Source: Lytechinus pictus
Lineage: Eukaryota
Length of the DNA: 64,000 nucleotides
Assembly (NCBI RefSeq): GCF_037042905.1
Contig: NC_087250.1
Coordinates: forward strand, 13,704,001-13,768,000
Reading direction: 5' to 3'
Under the pieces are notes generated by a model. It saw only the letters and a list, made by a program, of their open reading frames with translations, searched no databases and was not told the DNA's origin. Within the stretch, counting starts at the first letter, position 1. Each line of letters opens with the position of its first letter. This document shows positions 51,166-62,451 of this stretch, in pieces. The translations under genes were made by a program, and so were the position numbers.

Positions 51166-52003
51166 ATTACCGCTAAAGAGCATCGCTGAGATCATTAGCA
51201 AGGTAGGTAAAGTGTCATTCATTGGGTTTATTCATTTATTCATCAATTCACATTAATTTGATATATTGTAATAATGATGGCCAAAATTTATATCACGCTT
51301 TACCCAAATGGCCCAAAGCGCTCACAATTTCAGTTTACCTAATTCGAACAAAAATATACAGAATAACATACATATAAATAAAGGCAGTTGCCGAGAACAA
51401 AAAAAAAGATTTTAGGGACCACTTGAATGACTCAAAGAGTCCCTCACTCATTCATTTGTTTATTCATAAATTCATTTATTTATTTTTTATTTATTCATTT
51501 AGCCGTGTATACTTTTACTCATGCATTTATGTATTCATTCATTAATTAATTATTTTTTTCTTTATTCATTCATTTATATATTAATTCATCTGTTCATATT
51601 CATGTATTCATTTATTCATATATTCATGAATTCATTTTATTTTGAAGCATTTATTCATACTCATTTCCATTTACCCATTTATTTATTCACTCATTCAGTC
51701 AATATACAGTGATCAAAATTGTTTTATTTGTCTTCTTCATTCATTTAATTTCTTTTATTCGGATGCTTGAATTACATCAATGCTAATTTGGGTCTGTAAT
51801 CTTGTCATATAGTGACAAGGTATTACATTTAGTGACAAAATGATCGCTCAACCCGTTTGTCATTTGACCAATAAATTGCTGCTGCTAATGATGATGGTTC
51901 TTATATAGCACCGGTATCCATCTCTGCTGGGTGCTCATGGCGCTCAAAAATAGGAAATGTCGTGTCACAAATTTCATTGTCTTCAAACAGTGCTTGGAAT
52001 CGT

Positions 52004-52278
52004 GGAAGCGCCGTGGTGTAATCAGAGGGTCGTGTGTTCGAATCCCACCATGGCCTAGCGTCCTTTGGCAAGGCGTCAATCCACACTTTGCCACTCTCAC
52101 CCAGGTGCTGATTGGGTACCGGTAGGAAACAACCGTCATTGTGGTTGGTTTAGCAAGTTTGCGCCTTACAGGCTGCTTGAAATGCTATGAATCCAGTGAC
52201 CGGGTAATAATAATTGTGAAGCGCTTTGAACAGTCGTAGATTGATAAAGCGCTATATAAATGCCAATTATTATTATCA
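52004..52278 (+). mobile_element. tRNA-derived SINE, same head family as 10547, with a 23-bp head deletion
   Basis: Near-identical B box and body; AGCGCTATATAAAT plus (TAT)n tail. Confidence 0.85.
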
Positions 52279-52372
52279 TCATTCAGTTCAGTCTGAAATG
52301 TAACAAAATACATCCACCTGTATTTCAGTTCATATTTGACATGATTTGTATTATTTCCTTTCTTTTTTTCAG

Positions 52373-52464
52373 CAAGTATCACAGATGGATGGCGATCTGA
52401 AGACCAAATCTCATGCATATAACAGTATTAAGGGAAATCTGCAAACACTAGAGAGAAAAGCCAC
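52373..52464 (+). CDS. ATP6V1C: V-ATPase C coding exon 4 (QVSQMDGDLKTKSHAYNSIKGNLQTLERKAT)
   Basis: Polypyrimidine tract plus cAG; GTAAGT donor; 92 nt. Confidence 0.95.
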
Positions 52465-52945
52465 GTAAGTTACAGGTCAAAGGCCAAGTCAATGGCCTTT
52501 GGAGCACTATGTTAACCGATGGTTTAATGGATAACTAAAGTTGTATGTGGGATACATGGATAGTGATCAAGTTTGACCAAATTGCTGTTTTGGTGCAAGT
52601 TTCAACTCATAACCAAAATCTGAAAATGAGCTAGCATACAGAGTCTGATTACAGTAGTATTAAACTCTGTTATGCACAAGGGCAAACTAATTCTTACTCT
52701 CGTATTTCATCAAAATTTGTTGACTGACAAGTTGTTAGATCTGACAATTTCCTTGATTTTGATTGGCTCAGAAACATCGTTACTATACTAATTGTGGGAT
52801 AAAAAACAGGATTTGTTGGAAGGATAATCTGACAAATCTTGTGAAATGTTCCGGGAAGACAAAAATTGAGGTCAGACGTACGGAAAAGATAATTATTTCA
52901 TGAAATTGCTCGGATATAAAAGTGGAATTCTCTTTTATTTTACAG

Positions 52946-53044
52946 AGGAAGCTTATTGTCGCGGAACCTTGGAGACATCGTCAAGAAGGATGATTTCATC
53001 AATGAGTCAGAATATCTCACAACGCTGCTTGTCGTCGTTCAAAA
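52946..53044 (+). CDS. ATP6V1C: V-ATPase C coding exon 5 ([33 protein letters not shown])
   Basis: tacAG acceptor; GTAGGA donor; 99 nt; SEYL.TLLVVV motif. Confidence 0.95.
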
Positions 53045-53543
53045 GTAGGATATATTCTCATCTATTTCATATGCATTTATAGTATTAAAGGAGAGTGACA
53101 CACTGGGAACCAGTTAGCTTGTATGAAAATAGAAAAATAAAAAAATGCACTTATAAATGATTATACAATTCCCAGTGCTTATACTCTCTAAATTAGCAAC
53201 ACAAATGAAAACAAATATTAAAAAATATTATTTCTATCTTTTTGAATATTTTTGAAAATGTCATTCATATACGTTTTTACTCTTTCTTGTATTGGTACAC
53301 ATGTAAACCAATATTTGGTTACTTCAGATTATGTTCATGAGTAAAATAGTTGTAAATTTGAGGCTAAAAAGTTGTGTTTCTCTATGTATTATATGTATAA
53401 ACACGGCTCTTAACAAAGCCCAACCCTAGAAGTCTCCGTCAACTCTAAGTGGGGGGGGGGGGGGGGGGCTTTAATAAAGTCATATCTGACATTATTTCTG
53501 AAATAATTCTCATGTTATTGTTTTGTTTCTTTCTCTTTGGCAG

Positions 53544-53612
53544 GAATCTCTACTCTGATTGGACTTTGAAGTATGAGAAACTTTCAGACATGGTTGTACC
53601 AAGGTCAACAAG
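53544..53612 (+). CDS. ATP6V1C: V-ATPase C coding exon 6 (NLYSDWTLKYEKLSDMVVPRSTR)
   Basis: ggcAG acceptor; GTGAGT donor; 69 nt; YE.L..MVVPRS motif. Confidence 0.95.
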
Positions 53613-53760
53613 GTGAGTCAAACAAGCAAATGTTTTTTTTATATCCTTTGCTTAAAGATTGTTGCACTGAAAGTGGACACAAAGAGTAAACAAACAGATT
53701 TACTAGGAAAAAAACTTTTGCCATGAAATAGTTCATTTTCCTTGCTGATGTCACGCTTAT

Positions 53761-53973
53761 GGGGTGTTGCAAGAAACTTGCGATCAATTGCAAGTCTATT
53801 TTTGGACCCTAAATCAATCATGTGTCTTGTAGTTAATTGCAAATTAGTGATTGATTGTTAATCTTTAAACAAGAAGTTTAATCTGATGTGCTACAACTAT
53901 CGTTGATCTATCATTTGTAAAATTGCAACCGAATATTTGCAATTGATCGCAAATATTTTCTTGCAACACCCCC
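53761..53973. mobile_element. Harbinger-like MITE
   Basis: GGGGTGTTGCAAGAAA ... TTTCTTGCAACACCCC. Confidence 0.8.
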
Positions 53974-54536
53974 TAAGTCCATGTTTTCCAGAGGGAACAA
54001 AATGAACTATACATGTACGTTTTTCCGACCCCCCCCCCACGCGTACTGCACTCAAGACCCGTACACTGTCATGCATGGCAGCTGAAGCCACTGTGCGCAT
54101 CTCACTGGGTGTGCCTAGCACTGGGGGGGGGGGGGGATGGGCTGCCTGCAAAGTGATCAGCATATCCGAAAAGTTAATGAAATTGTTCCTAAGTTATTAG
54201 TTTTTTAAATATTTATTTTCTCTTTTTTGATGTGATGAGGAATGATATAGGTGGAGGGGATATAAATCAAGTGTACAATGACTCATTCTCGGAACAGTAA
54301 AACTATACACACTCAAGGGTGCTATTGATGTTCTTTCAATGTGAATAATTTCAGCCAGATTCTCGAGCGTCATAGTATATTTGTACATTAACATGGAGTT
54401 TGTGGGGTTTGTCATTATCCTGAATGGTAGCAGTTACAAATGGAATACGGTTCTGCGCTCAGAATGTTGCATTGTGGGTAAGGAACTTGTCCAGAATTGA
54501 ATGGTTGAGGACTTTAGTTGGTACTATAGTGGTGGT

Positions 54537-54815
54537 GGAGCGTTGTGGCCCATTGGATTAATCTCCGGACTTTGAAACAGAGGGTCGTGCTTGGGTTCAA
54601 ATCCCAGCCATGGCGTAGTTTCCTTCAGCCAGAAATTAATCCACCTGGGTGAGGTGAATGGGTACCAGGCAGGAATTTATTCCTTGAAATGCCGAGCGCG
54701 TAAAAGCTGCTTGAGCTACAGCCGGGGTAATAATATCCAAGTCCTTTGGAAGCGAATAGAGACCTTACTCATAATGTGTTAGGCGCTATACAAGAACCGA
54801 CTATTATTATTATTA
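54537..54815 (+). mobile_element. tRNA-derived SINE
   Basis: GGAGCGTTGTGGCCCATTGG (A box), GGTTCAAATCCC (B box), GGTGAATGGGTACC core and (TAT)n tail. Confidence 0.8.
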
Positions 54816-55171
54816 TACTAGACTTCAGATAATTATTTGCATTGAATGGGTGAAAGCTTGTCTTCAGTATTGATTCTACGGTATGTTTCATGAAGCACTT
54901 TGTCAGTGATTTTCACAAGCAATTCATTCTGAGCCAATCAGATGCAAGGATTTCAGTAGCTTATAACAATAGTGAAAAATCAATGATTATTTGTTTCATG
55001 AAATGCTCCCCTGTTTAAATCAAGAGTGCTTATTAAAAGAGCAGAGTACATTACCTGAAGAAGACAAGAAAGCTTTAGCCAATCGGATGCAAGGATTTCA
55101 GTGGCTTTTAACAGTTTTTGGTGGAAATCGTTTATTTTGTGAAATACCCTCCATGTTTGTTTATTATGCAG

Positions 55172-55264
55172 GATGATCTATGAGGACAATGATCATGGTT
55201 TATACAGCGTCACATTATTCAAGAAAGTCGTAGATGAATACAAGCTACATGCCAGGGAAAACAA
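55172..55264 (+). CDS. ATP6V1C: V-ATPase C coding exon 7 (MIYEDNDHGLYSVTLFKKVVDEYKLHARENK)
   Basis: tgcAG acceptor; GTGAGT donor; 93 nt; VTLF.K.VD......RENK motif. Confidence 0.93.
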
Positions 55265-55611
55265 GTGAGTATTGATCCATGCTTGCCAACTGTCCCCATT
55301 TAACCCTAATACTCTTGACATTTATTGCAAAATATCCGCGGCACAAAATTGTTTCCTCACCACTCTCTAACATTTTTAGACCAATTTTGCGATGCCGGGG
55401 AGAGAAAACAAGAAAATTTTCATCCACAATGTCCCTATTTTTAGTGAAACTTTGCCCACAGGCTTGTGTAAAAAGTTTAGCAATGTCCCTATTTTGTTAT
55501 TTTTAATTTATTTTTTGTGATACCTTGTACCTGTTAAATGGACTTGAAATGTTGGCAGGTATGTGAATCTAAGATTCGTCAGTAGTGAATTCATTATAGG
55601 GTGATAATTAG

Positions 55612-55704
55612 AATAGGGAAAAGGGACAATGATCGGGGTTTATACAGCGTTACATTATTCAAGAAAGTCGTAGACGAATGCAAACTACATGCCAGGGAAA
55701 ACAA
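55612..55704 (+). pseudogene. Tandem duplicate of V-ATPase C exon 7 (pseudo-exon or alternative exon 7b)
   Basis: 55624-55704 matches exon 7 with 6 substitutions and keeps the GTGAGT donor. An AG lies at the homologous position (55610-11), giving an open 93-nt frame. Confidence 0.8.
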
Positions 55705-55989
55705 GTGAGTATCAAAACAAGCTCCATTTATTATAGTGTGAGAATAAAAGAAAGAGATAGTGATCATGGTTTATACCATGTAACATTTCTGTTATTTTCA
55801 GCAGGTACTTTTCACAACTAATTGCTTTTAATCTGCAATATCGATTTAGCTTTAATTTTGCATTGAATGGGGAATTTTGGAGTTTATTTTTTTTTTATTT
55901 CCAGGGCTCTTTTGATCATTTTGGGGGCGAAATCGCCCTGAGCCCCTCTGTATTTTTTCCCTGGTTTATACAAGCGTCATGTGAGTTGA

Positions 55990-56670
55990 TAATAACCATT
56001 CATTTACTTTTACCTTTAACCTCTTGCATATAGGTTCACGGTGAAAGATTTTATATACAAGAAAATGTAACTCATAACCATACATTTAACCTTTGAACTT
56101 TGACCTCTTACACAGATGTATTATCTGAGAGTGTACATACAATGATCAATGTTGCTAATCAGAACATTCTCATATAACTTGAAATTTGACATATTGCATA
56201 CGTTCAGGGTGGAATGGCTCATATAAATTGAGATGTTTGAATAAACTTTAATGCTAAACTAACCTTTCATTTAATATTTGAACTTCGACCTTTTTCACAG
56301 GTTTATTGTTAGAGATTTCACATACAATGAAGAGTAATGCTAACAATAGACTAATTTAAACTTTGAACTCTGACCTTTTGTAGGTCTGTAGTAAGTGGTC
56401 TCATGTACAATAAAAATTAAATGCCAACTATAACCTTTCATTTAAACTTTGAACTTTGACCCCTTATGTAGGTTCATGGTCAGAGATACAATGAAGAGTA
56501 ATGCTAACAATAGACTTAGTTCAACTTTGAACTCTGACCTTGTGTAGGTTTGTAGTAAGTGATCTCATGTACAATACAAATCCAATTCCAACCATAACCT
56601 TTCATTTAAACTTTGAACTTTGACCCCTTACATAGGTTCATGGTCAGAGAGTTCACATACAATGAAGAGG
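55990..56670 (+). repeat. Tandem array (about 85-bp unit) of the V-ATPase C exon 8 acceptor + exon start
   Basis: CTTTGAACT.TGACC...YAG|GT....G..AG.GA.....TACAAT unit; AGs end at 56033, 56115, 56300, 56383, 56471, 56547 and 56635 (functional). Confidence 0.9.
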
Positions 56671-56729
56671 AGTTAAATGCAGGGAAGAATGAGCTTAACA
56701 AGCTAGCAGCTGACAAGAAAAGGCAATAT
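56636..56729 (+). CDS. ATP6V1C: V-ATPase C coding exon 8 (FMVREFTYNEEELNAGKNELNKLAADKKRQY)
   Basis: catAG acceptor; GTAAGA donor; 94 nt. It is the only copy in the acceptor array that continues as an open exon. Confidence 0.93.
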
Positions 56730-57285
56730 GTAAGAAACCATTTTAATCTAATTTATTTTAGACAAAGTAGCGATACGTTATAGTTTGGTTATAGATTTGT
56801 TATGCAGAACCTAAAACAAAATCGTGCCAAAGGCATCAAATGGAAGCGTAAATTCTTGTAATATTTTTTTGCACATTTTATTGCACATTTTATTCAATAT
56901 CTTTGTCCACAGGAAAATAATTATTGAAATGGTAATGTGATAGAAATGTCCATTGCTGGGAGGGGGGGGGGGGTTTCATGCAATATGGCAAAATAAATTT
57001 TAGATAGATATTAGCACAATGTTTCTTTAAATTATTATCACTAATTTTATGCAAAAATGGAGATTTAAAAAGGAAAAAAAATGCAGCAATGAAGAAAAAG
57101 TTCTTATGTTGCCAATTGAAATAATGTACAGTTGATTGTTTCCTGCTAGGTGTAATGTATAAATAAGCTCACACCAATTTTAATAATTTTTAAGTGAAGA
57201 TATAACGAAAAGAATTTCCACTGTGGGTATTATTTATCAATAGTTTGTGCGTACATAACGCCCATTTCTTTATGTTTTTTTGCAG

Positions 57286-57383
57286 GGACCTCTGGTTCGA
57301 TGGCTCAAGATCAACTTCAGTGAAGCATTCCAAGCTTGGGTACACGTCAAAGCTCTAAGGGTGTTCGTAGAATCAGTTTTAAG
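57286..57383 (+). CDS. ATP6V1C: V-ATPase C coding exon 9 ([33 protein letters not shown])
   Basis: T tract plus gcAG; GTAGGT donor; 98 nt; highly conserved family motif. Confidence 0.97.
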
Positions 57384-57409
57384 GTAGGTTCGATGATGAA
57401 CAGAGAACT

Positions 57410-58070
57410 TTTGGAGCCGCTTGTCTGACGGCAGCGGCGTCTTCAACATTGAAATCTTGACCAACTTTAAGTTTTTGAAATGTCATAACTTAGAAAGTAT
57501 GCGGACTTTTTCATGAGCTTGGACATACGAGTAATCAAGTATCACTGAACATCCTGCCTAAGTTTCAGGATACATGACCAAGGTCAAAGGTCATTTAGGG
57601 TCAATGAACTCAAACTGTTTTGGGGGGATCAACATTGAAATCTTAAACAAGGTTAGGTATTTGTAATGTTATAACTTTGAAAGTATATGGATCTAGTTAA
57701 TGAAATTTGGATGTAAGAGTAATCAAGTATCACTGATTGTCTTTCATGATCAAGGTCAAAGGTCATTTAGGTCAATGAACTTTGACCGTGTTGGGGGTAT
57801 TTGTTGAAATGCTGTCAAAACTTTGAAAGACCATGGATTTAGTTCATGAAAACATGGGCATAAGGGTAGTCAAATATCACCTATTGCCTTGCACAAGTCT
57901 TTGGTCACATGATCAAGGTCATTTAGGGTCAGTGAGCTTAGTAATTCATTGTCATATGATTGGTATTTTTTGTAAATGAATCTTCATCTTAGTTGTTTTC
58001 TAAGTCAGCACTGCTGCAGTATCAAATCGCGTAATGCAGGTGAGTCTGCCAGAGGCTTTCCACTTGTTTC
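57410..58070 (+). mobile_element. Non-autonomous repeat with internal GGTCAAAGGTCA-containing tandem units (possibly Helentron/HINE-like)
   Basis: About 3 internal ~180-bp units; ends in GCAGGTGAG...GCCAGAGGC..TCCACTTGTT; T-rich flanks. Classification is tentative. Confidence 0.5.
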
Positions 58071-58122
58071 TGCATTCTACTTGTTTACCAAATCGCTTTG
58101 ATCTCTCAAATTTTTCTTCTAG

Positions 58123-58258
58123 ATATGGTCTACCAGTCAACTTCCAGCCCATGATACTACAACCTTACAAGAAAACGCAAAAGAAAATGAGGGAGGTCCT
58201 AAACACGCTCTACGGCCATTTAGACGGAAGCAACATTACAGCCAAAGATGCAAAAGTG
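58123..58258 (+). CDS. ATP6V1C: V-ATPase C coding exon 10 (YGLPVNFQPMILQPYKKTQKKMREVLNTLYGHLDGSNITAKDAKV)
   Basis: ttctAG acceptor; GTAAGT donor at 58259; 136 nt; YGLPVNFQ motif. Confidence 0.95.
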
Positions 58259-59586
58259 GTAAGTATGATTAGGTTGTGCTATAAAACGGGTTCAAGGATG
58301 TAGCCATGGGCATCAGAGCAAAGGATTATATTTTGGTATTGGTGAAACATTTATTGCACCTCCCCCATGCACAAAAGATAATCCTCTGCGCTGACGCCCA
58401 TGGATGTAGCTAATATCAAGTGGGCATACAAGCCTTGCGTCCATGCTTTATTTCTATAATTGTTTCTTTATGCCTTGTTTTTGGGGTGCAGTGCTGCATG
58501 TGATATATAATATAATATAATAATTCTTCAAAGGAAAGGTTATGCCCCAAGGATTTTGACGTGCTTGCTCAGGCGCGCATACTGGATATGCCTGTCACGT
58601 CACTATAGCAGGAGCCAGATGTGATCTCTTCTTTTTTGCAATCCTAGCAAACAAATTATGCAGAGACCTAGTAATCACTTTTCCTGTTAGTCTGTCGGTC
58701 TGTTACAAATATGTTTTTGTTTTACTTGCTCTCATTATGTTCGCACTTCCTACAAACGATCCTTGGGTAATACCTCATTTGTTTTCAAGAGGATGATTTG
58801 ATGGGTCAAAAGGTAAAATGATATGAGGCCATGTCTATCCTTTTTCAAAGGTTTTGTTTAACTTGCTCTCATTTCTTTAATTTTTTTAACATCAATTGTG
58901 ATCACAATTGGTACAAATGATACTTGTGTAATACCCCATGTGTGTTCATGAGGATAATGAGGCCAATGGTCACTTAGAGGTCAAAAGATCATATTGCATA
59001 TTTCATTGATTGCAAAATTGGGAGACTCATGATTCCGTATCACGGTGTATAAAATAAATTATGCGTATTGTTTATAATCACTTGGTTTATAAACAGTTGG
59101 TCTACTTCCCACATAGTCCTATCATCATTTATATGTACTGTAGACAGTCCTGCTTTTTGTAATCAATAATGGTTTATGTATGGAATACCAGTTTGCCTGT
59201 TTTGAAATTATCCCTCACTCCTCATAACATGCGTCCAAGTCTAATGTCTTTTTTGAGATAGGCTGCAGAGCACTTTTAAGATTATAGCAGATGATGATGA
59301 TGATGATGATGATTGTCTCTGTGTCAGGCAATCATCTAAGAGTTTCCTGTCAGTGGGGTTTGAGATTTTGGTCAAATTATCTTTATCTGCACATGTGCAG
59401 ATCGTATCAACGAACTGGCCTATTTGCTGAGTTTTCATACATCCTTCTCATTCTCTCTCTATTCTCTTCTTGATTTATCATTATTATTTGAGTGTGTTCA
59501 TAACAGCTTCTGAAATCTTATGTTCTTTCTTGCCTTTCAGATAAATTTTTTCATATAAATTTATCTGATAGCTTTATCTGAAAATA

Positions 59587-59868
59587 TTGTGGCCCAGTGG
59601 ATTAGTCTTCTTACTTTGAAACAGAGGGTCATGGGTTCGAATCCCAGCCATGGTGTAATTTCCTTCAGCAAGAAATGTATCCACATTGTGCTGCACCCAA
59701 CCCAGATGAGGTGAATGGGTACCCGGCAGAATTAATTCCTTGAATGCACTGAGTGCTGAAAGGCAGCTCGAGCTCAAGCCGGGGTAATAATAATAAACAA
59801 TGCGACTCGGAATAGATTATTTCTAGATAGATGGCGCTATATAAGTTCCTATTATTATTTTTATTATC
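59587..59868 (+). mobile_element. tRNA-derived SINE ending about 35 nt upstream of the last V-ATPase C exon
   Basis: TGTGGCCCAGTGG (A box), GGTTCGAATCCC (B box), GGTGAATGGGTACC core and GGCGCTATATAAG+(TAT)n tail. A reversed tail fragment of this family lies at 23790-23857. Confidence 0.85.
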
Positions 59869-59902
59869 ATGTCCTCCTTTTCTCTTTTCTCTTCTTTCAC
59901 AG

Positions 59903-59989
59903 GCTGTTGATATGCCAGGTCTAATGTTTGCAAACACCGAGTACTACCCCTATGTCTTCTACCCTATTCAAATCAACTTCTGCGACTGA
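59903..59989 (+). CDS. ATP6V1C: V-ATPase C terminal coding exon 11 (AVDMPGLMFANTEYYPYVFYPIQINFCD*)
   Basis: Strong acceptor; D.PGL....EYYPYV motif; TGA at 59987-9. Summed CDS is 1149 nt = 382 aa. Confidence 0.95.
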   Translation, partial: AVDMPGLMFANTEYYPYVFYPIQINFCD

Positions 59990-62451
59990 GCCGAACTTTC
60001 CAGCCGTCATCGTGGACTTTTTTAACCTTAGCTAGGACACAGTACATCTCATTCATCAAGTTTGTCATTTTCTTTATTGTTGATCCCCTTCTGAGTCCCC
60101 CAGTTTATGTTTCATGCAAGGACCTGTCAGATGATTTATCTGACAAAGTCTGTTTTATTTGACAGTTACCATGGTAACAGTGCTTGTCAGCCAATCAAAA
60201 TCAAGGAAAGTTGTGAGACAAGGAATGTTGATAAAAGCTCCTCAGATGTGTTATCCGACAATGTCTGCTTCAGACAGTAACCATACTAACGGTTGGACAA
60301 TGGTGCATCTCAGACAATCATAAACAAGAAAAGTTATCAGGGGGCGTAAACTGATGTCAGCAATGACTAAGTTGTCAGCGCTGATAATTTCAGTGAAATC
60401 CTTGGTTTTGGTTAGCTGAGAGGCACTGGCTTCTGACAATTAGTATGGTAATTGTCAGGGAAAGACAAATTGTCAGTGCTGACTACTTTCATGAAGTGGT
60501 CCCACGATCTTGAAAACTTGTCTGATAACAAATATTGATGACACCCCCCCCCCCTGTAGTTCAAAGCTGATGATCGTATTCCTCGTCACGAATAAGAACC
60601 CCATGCTCATTACACTGTGTGATTTCTAGTTTTATTGTTAACTGTTTGGTGTCAGTGTTTAGCTGATATTTACCATATCTCAGCACGAATCTTAAAATGA
60701 ATCCAGCGCTGTAGCCATACTCAAAAGGTAATGAAGTAGCAATAATGCAATTTGAATCTCTTCTGTAAGCTTACATTAGATGTTGAAGGTTTTATCTATC
60801 TTTTAAATGCCAAAACGAAACACGAAAATTAAAATCACTGTATGGAGCTCATTTTTGAGAAATTCATTTTGGGGTTGCAAGTAACTTATGTATTGTTGAT
60901 TGCAAATTTCATTAGCAAATTTGTCACTGATCAATCAATTCTAATATAAACAAGATACAGGTGTCACAATACAGGCCATAGAACTCAAACAATTGGCAAA
61001 GTTGCAGCAGGTTTTGAGTCAGGTATGCAAGCTATGTACTGCTTATATAAAGTAAAATTTCACCCCAAGTTTATCAGAGGAGCGTTTCATGAAATGTTTT
61101 GTCGGTGATATTTACTGACTGATTTACTCTCGGCCAATCAGATGCTAGGATTTCAGTAGCTTATAACAATTGTCAGTGAAGCTCATTATTTGCTTCATGA
61201 AACAAGCCCCATATTTTACTGTTCCCAATACTTTCAAATTAGGCAGAGTTTAGTATGGATATTGAAATTTAAATATTATGTCCATCACTGACAAATCTTA
61301 CAAACTACTGCAAATCCTAGCATCCGATTGATCACTGAATATACTTTTTCCATGAAACAGTCCTCTTATTTTAGAAGGCCTATTCCTACAATCTATAAAT
61401 TCACTTGTACATATTAACCGATATTCTAATTTTATGAGACAATGCTGTTTATTTAAACTGTGAAAAGTATGTGTTTTACAAATTTGGGGCAATAATAGTG
61501 TTTAAACTATGTTCTTTGTATTTCCATTATTTGTGTAAAGGTAGCTAGCTTTCTGGGTCCATATTTATATAACCTGAATATTGGTCGCATTTATCGTATT
61601 TTCAAGAAATTATGAAGAAAACCCTGTCATTTGTTTATGTGAAGGAAGACATCTGGGGCCGTTTCATAAAGCTGCTTGTAAGTTAAGAGTGACTTTAAGA
61701 ATGACTGGTGATCCTTGTGGTAAATGATATTCACCATTAAATGTTCATTGGTGATTATTTAGCACGCAAGAAAGGATCACCAGTCATTCTTATATACAAA
61801 CAGCTTTATGAAACACCCATCTGGTCCAGGAGTTTGTTGCAGAAAGAGTTGCGATCAAACACAACACAAAAAAATTGAATGCAACTTCATTTTCAACCTA
61901 TGAAATGTGTGTATTAGGGGCTTGCAATTGATATTTTTTAAGTTACCTTTAAACACAACTCCTTCTGCAACTTCGACCTGAAGGGGTATTGGCCTCAGTA
62001 GTGTCACCAAAGGTTTTATAAAAAGATCCTATAACTTGTTTATGTGTAGGTGTAAGACATCCAGGCCAGGTCTTACGAAGAGTGTCATTGATCCAATAAA
62101 TTTCAACTTTGGAAATCCATTGATATCATAATTCTTTGAAGAAATGTCCACTCCATTGTAAACCAAAAAGATCACATTTATTGATCATGAAAACGATGTA
62201 TGCACAAGTGCCCATCATATTGAGAATTGATTTTGTTTTAACAAAATGTGCTCTACAGGCTTCCTGAGTTTTGAAGAGCTGCGATTGATCCGAATGATCT
62301 CGTGTATAAATAGAAAGCCAGCGGGGCCAACATGTAGAACATCCATTCAAACTTTTTACTAAATACAATATACATTTGGAACATGTATCATTGTCTTGAC
62401 AAAATAGGGTGCTTCTTCATGTCCAAAGGGACATTGTGCACAATTTCTATA

